A stretch of 64,000 nucleotides of DNA from Oscillospiraceae bacterium (GTDB taxonomy: Bacteria; Bacillota; Clostridia; Oscillospirales; Oscillospiraceae): NCBI GenBank assembly GCA_017512485.1, contig JAFWGE010000032.1, positions 36,721 to 100,720 of the forward strand. Direction: 5' to 3'. The position numbers and the translations under genes were made by a program. The notes under the pieces are model-generated. The model saw only the letters and a list, made by a program, of their open reading frames with translations, made no database searches and was not told where the DNA came from. Positions 19,984-29,581 of this stretch are shown here, one piece after another. Position 1 is the first letter of the stretch, and every line of letters begins with the position of its first letter.

Positions 19984-21663
19984 TTATTCCTCTCCGCCCT
20001 CGTCACCGCCGCCTTCGTCACCGCCGCCCTCATCGGGGACAGGCTCGTCGTCCTGCTGGCCGGGTTCCTCATATACGTCGTCCTCGTCGAACGGCGGTTC
20101 CTCAAAAACCGGCTCTATGGGCGTAGGTTCGGGGGTCGGCTCAACGGGTTCGGGCGAAGGCACGTCGGTTTCCAGCGGCGGAACGGGTTCCGCGGACGGT
20201 GACGGGGTCGGCTCCTCAGACTGTGAGGGCTCAGAAGGCTGAGAGCTGGGTCCCACGACGACCACCCTGTCCCTGCGCCTGTAGTTGCTGTCCGCCTCAT
20301 GGGTGCTGCTGATTAGGGTCCCGTCTCCGGAATATACGTTGCGCGTTGTTACGACATACCTGCCGGTATAACCGGTCGTCTTGACGCTCTCATATCCGGG
20401 AGACTTGGAATTGTCCACTTCCGTGATCTCCTGGAACGGATCAGTGGACACGGTCTCGGACACCATCTGGACGTAATTGTCGTTTTCCTTGGTACCCTTG
20501 AACCGTACTGTGAGCGAGAGGCCTTCCGTCTCAGTCTCTATGAGGATGGGGTAGTTCTTATCGTTTACGAACCTGTAGTTGCAGCTGCCCCAGTAGATCG
20601 TCGCGTCGAGGCCCGCCGGGACGTACGTCACAAAGAACGTATGCTCCCACCTCTCGGTGATCTTCAGGTCACAGTATAGAGTGCACACGTATATTGTGGA
20701 TGCCACCTGGCAGATGCCTCCGCCCACCTCTTTTACCGTATCGCTGTTGACGTACACATCGGCGGCCCTGTATCCCTTTGCTTCTGTACGCTCGCCCACT
20801 ATGGCGTCGAAATCAAATTCATCGCCGGGGTTGAGCACGGTCCCGTTTATTGCAGCCGCGGCCAAAACCACGTTGTTCGTCCTGTTCGGGATGTCCGTCA
20901 GATACGTCGTGTATTCGTAGAGGACGTCCTTGTAGAAAGAGGCGCTGACGTCATCGTAAGAGACCCCCGGTTCGGTCACCTGCAGAGGGAACCAATAGGT
21001 TTTCCCCGGGGTCCCGTCCTTAAGTTTTTTCTTGACCGCTTCCAGGTCAAAATCGTATCCGGGCTTGCCTTCCACGACTTTCAGGGTCTCAAGATCGTAA
21101 TAGGCGTCAACGGGATCCACGTGTATCTTTTTATAGACGGCGTCCAGGTCCAGCGGCTTCGCTTCAAAACTGATCAGCTCCGCTTCTACGTCTCCCCCGC
21201 GCTTCATGAAGCTGTCGGCCACCTGAGCGCACAGGGCGTCCACGTCAACGCATTCACCGTTGGCGCCGACAGTGATCCCGAGCTGGTCACCCTCTATCTT
21301 GTAGGAAAAATCGATCTTTTCGGCATTTAGCTCCTGTGCTTTTTCCGTAAGCTTCTGCCATATTGGAGATTTTTCGTAAAGAGGGAGCGGCAGTTCCACA
21401 GGCTCGGAGAGCGTGTCCGTGCCCTGCGGCGAACCGTCCCTCGCCACGTTGAACGCGGCTACCGCGGCGGTGTCGACGTCGGCGCTGTTCATCATGTCCT
21501 CGCCGTTGATCTCCACATATTCTCCGGCGATCTTGACACGGAGAATATAGAGAGCCCTCTCGTCAATGGCCTCGCGGATGGCCTGGGCGGCCTCCCCGGT
21601 ATCCATTCCTCCCACGTTTACTCCCGCCACTGAGACGCCGTTGTAGATCTTGTCGAAAGTCAC
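19984..21663 (-). CDS. VanW-family protein with an acidic/Pro-rich C-terminal tail
   Basis: VanW signature GGGICQVASTIY. Coordinates are the GTG-started track ORF. The reading frame stays open to 21966 and encodes a TM anchor upstream, so the true 5' end is probably near 21900-21906 (see finding). Confidence 0.8.
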   Translation of the reverse strand: MTFDKIYNGVSVAGVNVGGMDTGEAAQAIREAIDERALYILRVKIAGEYVEINGEDMMNSADVDTAAVAAFNVARDGSPQGTDTLSEPVELPLPLYEKSPIWQKLTEKAQELNAEKIDFSYKIEGDQLGITVGANGECVDVDALCAQVADSFMKRGGDVEAELISFEAKPLDLDAVYKKIHVDPVDAYYDLETLKVVEGKPGYDFDLEAVKKKLKDGTPGKTYWFPLQVTEPGVSYDDVSASFYKDVLYEYTTYLTDIPNRTNNVVLAAAAINGTVLNPGDEFDFDAIVGERTEAKGYRAADVYVNSDTVKEVGGGICQVASTIYVCTLYCDLKITERWEHTFFVTYVPAGLDATIYWGSCNYRFVNDKNYPILIETETEGLSLTVRFKGTKENDNYVQMVSETVSTDPFQEITEVDNSKSPGYESVKTTGYTGRYVVTTRNVYSGDGTLISSTHEADSNYRRRDRVVVVGPSSQPSEPSQSEEPTPSPSAEPVPPLETDVPSPEPVEPTPEPTPIEPVFEEPPFDEDDVYEEPGQQDDEPVPDEGGGDEGGGDEGGEE

Positions 21664-22014
21664 GGGCGATTCCGCAGGTGTGGCAGACTCCTGCGGGGTC
21701 GGTGCTTTGCTTGATTTCGGGAAGAAATGCGCCCATCCTATAATGCCAACGGCTGCAAGTACGATAATGACCGCCGCTATGATAGCAGCTTTCTGCCCTG
21801 TCTTCAGGCCGCTGCTTCTGCTTTTGCTGTACGATCTCCCGGCTGTGTACGAACCTCCGGCGCTTCTGGTCCGGCCGGCTTCAAATTTTCCTTTAGCTAT
21901 GACAATCTCCGCCTTAACAATAAATTTTTCACGGGTATTATAACCCGCTTCCTTCAGGAAATACAGTTACAAGTTGATAACATCATACTTCAAATATCTT
22001 TGTTTGCCGGGGGC

Positions 22015-22818
22015 TCAGCGCCCCATAAGCTCGTCGTCTATCGCCCTGCGCGCGGCACAAAGATATCTGATCTGATATATGATCACCATGATGGGATATA
22101 GTATGCCAAACAGGAAAAATGCCCTGTATCCAAGGCCCACGTCGTCGGCCAGTGCAATAAAGCTCATATATATCCCCAGGGAGGAGAAGAAGAGCGTCAT
22201 TACAGGCTTCATGAAACCGAATGCCTCTCCGGCATGATAATAAGAGGAAAGCAGGACAAACGCCACTGCCAGAAGCCTGTACACGTAGTGGCTGATCACC
22301 GGGTCCGTGCACCACTGTTTAAACACCGCGATCAGGAAACAGCATATCGCCGCAACGGGTATCAACCTCAGATAGGAGTCCCCTCTGCCCTTGACCGCGA
22401 GCAGGATGCCGGCCGCTACGACTGCGGCGGCGCCGACCGCCAGGGCCGCGCACGTTATAATATCCAGTCTTGAAAGCACCGCTTCCCGCGCTGCCGCGGT
22501 GTATTTAAAATAGGCCGACGCTCCCAGCGCGACGCCGGACAGAACGCCTGTGAAGCATTCGAACACTCCGCTTTTTACCGTTAAATGTTTCGGCGGTTTG
22601 ACCCCTCCCGGGCCGAACCACAGTATAAGGATCGCCATAAGCACGGCGAAAAAAGCGCTGAGTACTATCAATGACACAGACAGCACGTTCGCGTCCACCG
22701 GGACCAGGGATGCGTCCTGAGCGCTCAGATCCGAAAAATATCTAAGCGCACCGCCGCCTGCTCCGAACAGGAGGGAGAGCAGCACAAGCAATACAGCTTT
22801 TCCCATAAATATCTCCAT
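22015..22818 (-). CDS. Polytopic integral membrane protein, function unknown
   Basis: 267 aa with about 7-8 hydrophobic helices and no recognisable motif. Confidence 0.6.
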   Translation of the reverse strand: MEIFMGKAVLLVLLSLLFGAGGGALRYFSDLSAQDASLVPVDANVLSVSLIVLSAFFAVLMAILILWFGPGGVKPPKHLTVKSGVFECFTGVLSGVALGASAYFKYTAAAREAVLSRLDIITCAALAVGAAAVVAAGILLAVKGRGDSYLRLIPVAAICCFLIAVFKQWCTDPVISHYVYRLLAVAFVLLSSYYHAGEAFGFMKPVMTLFFSSLGIYMSFIALADDVGLGYRAFFLFGILYPIMVIIYQIRYLCAARRAIDDELMGR

Positions 22819-22972
22819 TCTGCCGCTGCTGACGGAAAAAAGGATCCTCTCCGTCCAACGGCACGCGGAGGTCCTGCCCGCGCCGCGGCCGGCACTGGCA
22901 CAGCCGCGGCGGGATGTTTTGATCTGTCGGCCGGGTCCTACAGCCGAGATGCTGCCGTCGGCCGACTTAAAT

Positions 22973-23686
22973 TCAATAGAGTAGTCCGCAGCCGTCTTTC
23001 ATATACAGCTTTACCTGCTCGGGCATCGGCGGCATGCCCGCGGGCGGCTTGATCCCTTCGAGGGAGCCGTCCTTCACGGCTTTCGCGCAGGATATAATGT
23101 CTTTTATCCGCTCGCGCCCGATGGGGTGCACATTATGTGCGGGGAACACCTGGTCAAAGCTGTCCATTGCGTCGAACTTCTCAAGCTCCGAGATCAGTGT
23201 GTCCAGACTGGACTCTTCCATGAACATAAATATCGGTCCGAGGTTGATGGTATCCCCGCTGAAAAGGAGGCGGTTCTTCCTGTCGAGATACGCGAGTCCC
23301 CCTCTGGTGTGGCCTCTGAGGGCAATCGTCTCGATCTGCCTGTCCCCCAGGTCAAAAATATGCCCTTCCTCAACCGGCACCAGCTGGCAGTTGCCTTTAT
23401 TGACGGAACTGGACTCGACAAGATACATGTCAGCCGAATCGATATGAGCTTTCTCAAACTGGGATATGCAAAGGATATGGTCGTCGTGCCCGTGGGTAAG
23501 GGTAAGTATGATCGGCAGGTCGGTGATGCTCTCAGCCTGCTCCCTCATTGCCGGCAGCGCTCCTCCCGCATCGATAAGCAGAGCGCATTTGCTGCCCACC
23601 ACCAGATAAGCGGTGACCATCCTGCCTTCCTGTATGCCCCATACGTTTTCTGCAACGCTGTGAACATTATATGTCATATCGTTCAT
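22973..23686 (-). CDS. MBL-fold metallo-hydrolase
   Basis: 237 aa. HxHxDH motif (LTHGHDDH). AGGAGG upstream of ATG 23686. Confidence 0.85.
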   Translation of the reverse strand: MNDMTYNVHSVAENVWGIQEGRMVTAYLVVGSKCALLIDAGGALPAMREQAESITDLPIILTLTHGHDDHILCISQFEKAHIDSADMYLVESSSVNKGNCQLVPVEEGHIFDLGDRQIETIALRGHTRGGLAYLDRKNRLLFSGDTINLGPIFMFMEESSLDTLISELEKFDAMDSFDQVFPAHNVHPIGRERIKDIISCAKAVKDGSLEGIKPPAGMPPMPEQVKLYMKDGCGLLY

Positions 23687-23716
23687 TGCTGTATCCTCCT
23701 TTTTTACATGTTGCCG

Positions 23717-26700
23717 TTACATATAATATGCCGTGCCGCCCTCAAAAATGGGCTGCAGTTTATTGCCCGGTATATTTTTAGCTATGTACTTCCCGCAGCG
23801 TTCGGTGTGGCCCATTTTTCCCAGCACCCTGCCATCGGGGCTTATGATACCCTCCACAGCCGCGAGGGACCCGTTGGGATTGGCCTGTATATCCATGGTC
23901 GGCTCCCCGGACATGACGTACTGGGTTGCGATCTGTCCGTTCCGGATCAGCGTTTCCAGAACGCTCCGGGGGGCTGTAAAACGCCCCTCGCCATGGGATA
24001 CCGGTATGGAATGTATCTCTCCCACGGTACACTTTGAGAGCCACGGGGAAGCCGTGGTGCATACCCTTGTTTCGACGTATCTCGACTGATGTCTGCCGAT
24101 GAGGTTGAAAGTCAGAGTAGGTGAATTCGTTTCCATAGGACGAATTTCACCCCACGGCACCAGCCCCAGCTTTATTAGCGCCTGGAAGCCGTTGCATATA
24201 CCCAGCACGAGGCCGTCATGCTGTTTCAGCAGGATGTTGACCGCGTCCGCAAGTCTCTCGTTCCTCATGAATGACGCGATAAACTTTCCCGATCCCTCCG
24301 GTTCGTCGCCGCCGGAAAAACCTCCCGGTATTATCAACATCTGGGCCTGCCGGATCATCTTGGCCAGATATTCCGCCGACTCTTCAAGGGAACCCGGGCT
24401 GAGAGTGTTCAGGACAATGATCTCCGCCTCCCCGCCCGCTCTTGTGACGGCCTTCGCCGTATCGTATTCACAGTTTGTCCCGGGAAACACAGGGATCACA
24501 GCCCTTGGCCGGGCCCTGCGTCCGGCCGCGACTACAGGTGCTTTTTTATAGGAATTTATGGTTTCTGCAGTTTCCTTTGTCCCGGCGCGCATGGGGAACA
24601 CGTTTTCCAGAACGTTCTCCCACTGGCTCTGCAGTTCAAGAAGATCGTATTCTTTTTCAAGGATCAGCTTTCCCGTGTCGGCAGTATATCCGACAGGGGT
24701 CATTCCGGGGATCTCCCGCCGGCACTCGGCTATAACGCTGCCGTACGCGCTGTCATACCACGCGCACTGCGCCGTTCCTTCAAATCCCACACGGTTTCCC
24801 GCCGCCATAAGGAATACCGATTTCGCTATGCCGCCGCTGTCAAGAGCCCTGGCGGCAAGGACATTCTTCTCTTCGTGCTGTTTGTCCAGGCTGTCCCAGG
24901 CTGACCTGGCAGCTGCAAAATCCCCGACTTTTCCCGCGTCGAACAGGTATACCGGATGTCCTCCGCCTTTGAAATCGGAAGAAACCACCCTGTCCGCCCC
25001 GGTATGTGCTATGGCGAACGAAACGAGGGTGGCAGGTACGTCCATATCGAGGAACGATCCCGACATGGAGTCCTTTCCGCCTATCGCCGCCACGCCCAGC
25101 GCCACCTGGGCTGTAAAAGCTCCGAGGAGGGCGTTGAACGGCATTGCCCATCTGCCTGCGTCCGTCCCCAGTTTGGGGAAGTACTCCTGAAGGCTGAGAT
25201 ATATTTCGTCTTTCGGGCACCCTGCCGCCTTGAGCTTTGCCACGCTGTCAGTCACCGCGGCCTGAGCCGCCCTGAAAGGATCTGCGTCGGAAAGCCAGGG
25301 ATCGAATCCGAAAGACATGACCGAACAGTCTTCCGTCTCTCCGGAAGAGGGGATCAGCGCCGCCATGACCTGTTCCGGTGTCTTCTGGTATTTGCCGCCG
25401 TAAGGCACGAGGACGCTTCCCGCGCCTACTGTACTGTCGAAACGCTGTACCAACCCTTCCTGAGAACAGGAGGAAAGGTCTTTTATAACTGTCTCAAGGT
25501 CTTTCCCGACGGAACCCGCACACGGGTCCTCGGTTTTCACAGAACGGACGCTGGCGTGTTTTTTCGCTCCGTTGGTGTCCAGGAAGGATCGAGCCAGATC
25601 CACTATGGTCCTGCCCCTCCACGTGAGCACCATCCTTGGCTCCTCCGTCACTACCGCGACCGCCGTGGCCTCCAGATTCTCCCCGTGGGCGAGGTCTATA
25701 AACCGCTGCGCGTTGTCGGCGGACACGGTCACAGCCATTCTCTCCTGTGACTCGGAGATTGCCAGTTCTGTACCGTCCAGCCCGTCATACTTTTTGAGGA
25801 CTTTGTCCAGATCCACTCGTACTCCGGGCGCCAATTCACCGATGGCGACCGAAACGCCCCCCGCTCCGAAATCGTTGCAGCGTTTTATCATTGAAGCGGC
25901 CTCGGGGTCCCTGAACAGCCGCTGCAGCTTGCGCTCCTCCGGTGCGTTACCCTTCTGGACCTCCGCGGCGCACTGCTCAAGGGAGCCTTTGTCGTGGACC
26001 TTGGAAGACCCGGTGGCGCCGCCTATGCCGTCGCGCCCGGTCCTTCCGCCCAGAAGGATGATGACGTCGCCGGGGGCGGGAGCGAGCCTTACAACGTTTT
26101 CTGCCGGAGCAGCCCCTACGACCGCGCCTATCTCCATGCGCTTCGCAGCGTATTTCGGATGGTAAAACTCGTGGACGAGCCCGGTGGCCAGGCCGATCTG
26201 ATTGCCGTATGATGAGTAGCCCTGGGCCGCCTTGACGGTGAGTTTCCTCTGGGGGATCTTCCCCGGTATTGTCTGCGCGATGGGCGTCCTCGGATCGGCC
26301 GCCCCCGTAACGCGCATCGCCTGGTATACATACGCCCTGCCGGAAAGCGGGTCCCTTATGGCCCCGCCTATGCAGGTGGCGGCCCCTCCGAAGGGTTCTA
26401 TCTCCGTCGGGTGGTTGTGGGTCTCGTTTTTGAACATCAACAGCCAGTCCCTGCTCCTGCCGTCCTCTTTGACTTTGATCTTTACCGAGCAGGCGTTTAT
26501 CTCTTCGGACTCGTCCAGCCCGGGAAGCTGCCCGCGTTTTTTCAGCAGTTTCATGGCGCAAGTGGCTATGTCCATCAGTGTGACGGGCCTGTCCTTCGCG
26601 CGCTTACCGTAGATCTCCTCCCTGGCTGCCAGATACTGCCTGAACGCGGCTTTTATATCCGGGTCCTCGATATCTTCCACTTCAAGGAGTGTGGAGAAAG

Positions 26701-27385
26701 TGGTGTGTCTGCAATGGTCCGACCAATACGTGTCCACCACCTTGAGCTCGGTGACCGTCGGGTCCCTGCCCTCGCTTCGGAAATACTCGCGCAGGCACAG
26801 AATATCCCCCTCGTCCATTGCCAAGCCGTACGCGCGTATAAGTTCGCTGTCGAAGCCTTCGCCGCCCTTCACGAAGCCCTCAACAACAGCTACGTCTTCG
26901 GGTATGGGATAATCGCTCTGCAGGGTCTCCGGCTTTTCAAAGGAAGCTTTCCTCGCCTCCACGGGGTTGATTATATACCCCGCCACCGCTTCCATATCCG
27001 CGTCCGTGAGCTCCCCGCCCAGGGCATATACCGTCGCGCACGCCACCTTGGGCCGTTCCCCACAGGTGAGCAGCTGGATACACTGTTCACAAGAGTCGGC
27101 CCGCTGGTCAAACTGTCCGGGAAGCGCCTCAACTGCCAGCAGCCTGCACTGCGGAAGTTCCGGGAGCTCCTCCTCATAAAAATCATCGCATGCCGGCTCC
27201 GAGAACACCGTCACCGCGGCTTTCTCCCAGGTGGGGCGGTCTATTCCCTCCACGTCGTACCTATAGAACAGTCGTAACCATTCAAGCTTATCCAGGGCGA
27301 GGGAATCCCTCAGTTCCTGGAGCAGGTCCCGGGCGGCCTGATCAAATCCTTTTCTTTTTTCCGAAAAACACCTATAGGTCTTCAT
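23717..27385 (-). CDS. purL: Phosphoribosylformylglycinamidine synthase, single-chain large type
   Basis: About 1220 aa. Duplicated AIR-synthase-like core plus a C-terminal class-I amidotransferase (GICNGFQAL, HGEG). ATG 27385 chosen because it clears the upstream SDR stop at 27414; 27421 and 27439 are alternatives. Confidence 0.93.
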   Translation of the reverse strand: MKTYRCFSEKRKGFDQAARDLLQELRDSLALDKLEWLRLFYRYDVEGIDRPTWEKAAVTVFSEPACDDFYEEELPELPQCRLLAVEALPGQFDQRADSCEQCIQLLTCGERPKVACATVYALGGELTDADMEAVAGYIINPVEARKASFEKPETLQSDYPIPEDVAVVEGFVKGGEGFDSELIRAYGLAMDEGDILCLREYFRSEGRDPTVTELKVVDTYWSDHCRHTTFSTLLEVEDIEDPDIKAAFRQYLAAREEIYGKRAKDRPVTLMDIATCAMKLLKKRGQLPGLDESEEINACSVKIKVKEDGRSRDWLLMFKNETHNHPTEIEPFGGAATCIGGAIRDPLSGRAYVYQAMRVTGAADPRTPIAQTIPGKIPQRKLTVKAAQGYSSYGNQIGLATGLVHEFYHPKYAAKRMEIGAVVGAAPAENVVRLAPAPGDVIILLGGRTGRDGIGGATGSSKVHDKGSLEQCAAEVQKGNAPEERKLQRLFRDPEAASMIKRCNDFGAGGVSVAIGELAPGVRVDLDKVLKKYDGLDGTELAISESQERMAVTVSADNAQRFIDLAHGENLEATAVAVVTEEPRMVLTWRGRTIVDLARSFLDTNGAKKHASVRSVKTEDPCAGSVGKDLETVIKDLSSCSQEGLVQRFDSTVGAGSVLVPYGGKYQKTPEQVMAALIPSSGETEDCSVMSFGFDPWLSDADPFRAAQAAVTDSVAKLKAAGCPKDEIYLSLQEYFPKLGTDAGRWAMPFNALLGAFTAQVALGVAAIGGKDSMSGSFLDMDVPATLVSFAIAHTGADRVVSSDFKGGGHPVYLFDAGKVGDFAAARSAWDSLDKQHEEKNVLAARALDSGGIAKSVFLMAAGNRVGFEGTAQCAWYDSAYGSVIAECRREIPGMTPVGYTADTGKLILEKEYDLLELQSQWENVLENVFPMRAGTKETAETINSYKKAPVVAAGRRARPRAVIPVFPGTNCEYDTAKAVTRAGGEAEIIVLNTLSPGSLEESAEYLAKMIRQAQMLIIPGGFSGGDEPEGSGKFIASFMRNERLADAVNILLKQHDGLVLGICNGFQALIKLGLVPWGEIRPMETNSPTLTFNLIGRHQSRYVETRVCTTASPWLSKCTVGEIHSIPVSHGEGRFTAPRSVLETLIRNGQIATQYVMSGEPTMDIQANPNGSLAAVEGIISPDGRVLGKMGHTERCGKYIAKNIPGNKLQPIFEGGTAYYM

Positions 27386-27413
27386 ATACTTACCTACAGA
27401 CTCAGCTGTCCTT

Positions 27414-28196
27414 TCAGCCATACATTTTACCCAACACACGGTTCACGAGTGCCACCGGAAGCAGCCTTTTAAGGAACACGAACAACCGGTAACTGGTCCC
27501 CGCCGTATACAACGGCCCGACTTTTTTCTTTTTTGCCAGCCTCACAACACATCCGGCGATGTACTCCGGGGGCATGCCGTTCTCTTCGTCCTTCTCCATG
27601 GCCGATACAGCTCTCTCTATGGCGCCGCCGTATATCTCTCCCCCGGACTTGACACGGCTTGCGGTAAAGCCCGTACGGACGTCCCCCGGCATAAGCGCGC
27701 AGACGGATATGTTGAACGGACGCAGCTCATTGGCGAGGGCGCAGGTCAATGTGTTGACAGAACTCTTGACACAGGAATAAAAACTCTGGAAAGGGATTGG
27801 CATCACGGCGGCAACGGAACTGATATTGATTATCCTTCCGCCGCCTGCCTCCCTCATATAAGGCACACAGCACCTGACGCATCTCAGCACTCCGCAGAAG
27901 TCCACATTGAACAGATCCGCAACGTCCTGGGTCTTTGTGAGCTCCGCCGCGCCGGATATCCCGTATCCCGCGTTGTTTACCAGAAGGTCCACCCTGCCTT
28001 CGAGGGCTGCCACCCTGTCGACAGCGGCCGCGACTTCGCTGTCGCTGCCGATATCGGCGCCGATATGGCATACTCCCCGGCGGTCTTTTCCGCTCCTGCT
28101 TAGTTCATAGACCTTATAACCGTTCTCCGCGAGCGCGGAGGCGATGCTGTAACCTATGCCGCTGCTCCCCCCCGTTACTACGGCAACGGGGCTCAT
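27414..28196 (-). CDS. Classical short-chain dehydrogenase/reductase, candidate 3-keto reductase partner of the upstream synthase
   Basis: 260 aa from ATG 28196. Motifs VTGGSSGIG, NNAG, YSCVK. ATGA overlap with the synthase stop (28193-28196). Confidence 0.85.
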   Translation of the reverse strand: MSPVAVVTGGSSGIGYSIASALAENGYKVYELSRSGKDRRGVCHIGADIGSDSEVAAAVDRVAALEGRVDLLVNNAGYGISGAAELTKTQDVADLFNVDFCGVLRCVRCCVPYMREAGGGRIINISSVAAVMPIPFQSFYSCVKSSVNTLTCALANELRPFNISVCALMPGDVRTGFTASRVKSGGEIYGGAIERAVSAMEKDEENGMPPEYIAGCVVRLAKKKKVGPLYTAGTSYRLFVFLKRLLPVALVNRVLGKMYG

Positions 28197-29380
28197 TGCA
28201 TCTCGCCGAGAACTCTGGCGATAATATCCATCGCCTCGTCCAGGAGCGCCTCGTTGTGGGACGCCATATAACTGGTCCTGAGGAGGCATTCATTGGGGGC
28301 AACTGCCGGGGGAATGGCGGTATTGACGTAAACGCCCTCGTCATACAGCCTCTTGGTGACCCGGAATGTGCGCTCCATGTCGTATGTGAATATGGGCACT
28401 ATGGGTGTGTTCGCCGGTATCTCCGGCACCCTCACAGGCACTCCCCTTTTGGACAGGCCTTCGCGAACGTATTTTGAGAGTTCTTCAAGGCGCGTCACAA
28501 GCTCGGGGTGCGCCTCAAGATGCTTAAGGGCAGCCAGCGCACAGGCGCAGCTTGCCGGAGTAATGGACGCCGAGAAAATGAATGGGCGGGAGCTGTGGCG
28601 CACATACTCCACCACTTCTCTTTTTGCGGCCATGAATCCCCCGAGGCTGGCCAGGGACTTGCTGAACGTGCCCATAATAATGTCGACTTTATCGTTGAGG
28701 CCGAAATGGTCCGCTGTGCCTCTTCCCCCGTTGCCGATCACGCCCAGGGAGTGAGCGTCGTCCACCATCACCCTGGCCCCATACTTTTCCGCCAACTCAA
28801 CGATCTGGGGGAGTTTGCAGATATCGCCGCCCATACTGAAAATGCCGTCGGTCACTATGAGCCTTCCCGCTTTTTCAGGTATACCGGCCAGCACGCGTTC
28901 CAGGTCTTCCATGTCGCTGTGCCGGTAACGGACCATCTTGCCGTAGCTGAGCTTGCAGCCGTCGTAGATGCTCGCGTGGTTTTCTCTGTCGCAGACGACG
29001 TAATCTCCCCTGCCCACTACGGCGCTGATTATGCCGAGGTTGGACTGGAAGCCGGTGGAGAACGTGGTCACGGCCTCCTTGTTAAGGAATTTTGCCAGCT
29101 CGTCCTCCAATTCCAGATGGAGCCTGAGCGTACCGTTAAGGAAACGCGAACCTGAACAGCCGCTGCCGTATTTTTTGATGGCTTCTACGCCGGCGTTGAT
29201 GATATCCTCGTTAACGGTGAGGCCAAGGTAATTGTTTGAGCCAAGCATTATGCGGCGCTTGCCTTCCATTATCACCTCGGTATCCTGACGTGATTCCAGT
29301 GCGTGGAAGTACGGGTAGATGCCCTTTTCCTTCAACTCGTCAACGGCTTTGAAATCGAAGCACTTCTGAAAAATATCCAT
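28193..29380 (-). CDS. PLP-dependent alpha-oxoamine synthase, serine palmitoyltransferase-like
   Basis: 395 aa from ATG 29380. Motifs GSGCSGSRFLNGT, ENHASIYDGC, DDAHS, GTFSKS (PLP lysine), YVNTAIPPAVAP. These lie closer to SPT than to BioF or Kbl by remembered motifs. Confidence 0.85.
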   Translation of the reverse strand: MDIFQKCFDFKAVDELKEKGIYPYFHALESRQDTEVIMEGKRRIMLGSNNYLGLTVNEDIINAGVEAIKKYGSGCSGSRFLNGTLRLHLELEDELAKFLNKEAVTTFSTGFQSNLGIISAVVGRGDYVVCDRENHASIYDGCKLSYGKMVRYRHSDMEDLERVLAGIPEKAGRLIVTDGIFSMGGDICKLPQIVELAEKYGARVMVDDAHSLGVIGNGGRGTADHFGLNDKVDIIMGTFSKSLASLGGFMAAKREVVEYVRHSSRPFIFSASITPASCACALAALKHLEAHPELVTRLEELSKYVREGLSKRGVPVRVPEIPANTPIVPIFTYDMERTFRVTKRLYDEGVYVNTAIPPAVAPNECLLRTSYMASHNEALLDEAMDIIARVLGEMQ

Positions 29381-29438
29381 ATTTATATCCCGTCCCTTTC
29401 CGTTAAAACATATGCTTTCCGGCAATCGTTCTGAAAGA

Positions 29439-29457
29439 GGATCATTTTTAATGATCC
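29439..29457. repeat. Perfect 8-bp inverted repeat GGATCATT-TTT-AATGATCC in the 5' leader of the SPT-like gene
   Basis: Read directly. It lies between the predicted -10 (29484-29489) and the start codon (29380). Confidence 0.5.
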
Positions 29458-29483
29458 GTCTGGGTATTCCTGATGTAAATTAT

Positions 29484-29512
29484 ATAATATCCCATTGCCC
29501 CGTTACTGTCAA
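29484..29512 (-). promoter_or_regulatory. Sigma-A-type promoter for the SPT-like/SDR (and possibly purL) transcript
   Basis: Minus strand reads TTGACA - 17 nt - TATTAT. Confidence 0.4.
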
Positions 29513-29581
29513 CATCGGCGGCTTCCGGGCTTTACGTATTGTTCCGGGGTGGGGGCGCCCCGGCTGCGCGCCATTCTTTCA

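Noticed and set aside
23717-27385. Single-chain PurL as an anomaly for a Firmicute
   Set aside because: Fused large PurL is common in Clostridia. Only Bacillus-type lineages use split purS/purQ/purL.
23717-27439. Long antisense or overlapping ORFs inside purL (e.g. 24956-25750 +, 26411-27277 +) and similarly inside the SLH gene, infB, secA, ilvB and the Rnf genes
   Set aside because: They are typical stop-poor alternate frames of high-GC coding DNA. Their translations are Arg/Pro/Gly-rich without motifs or SDs, and the sense-strand genes are unambiguous.
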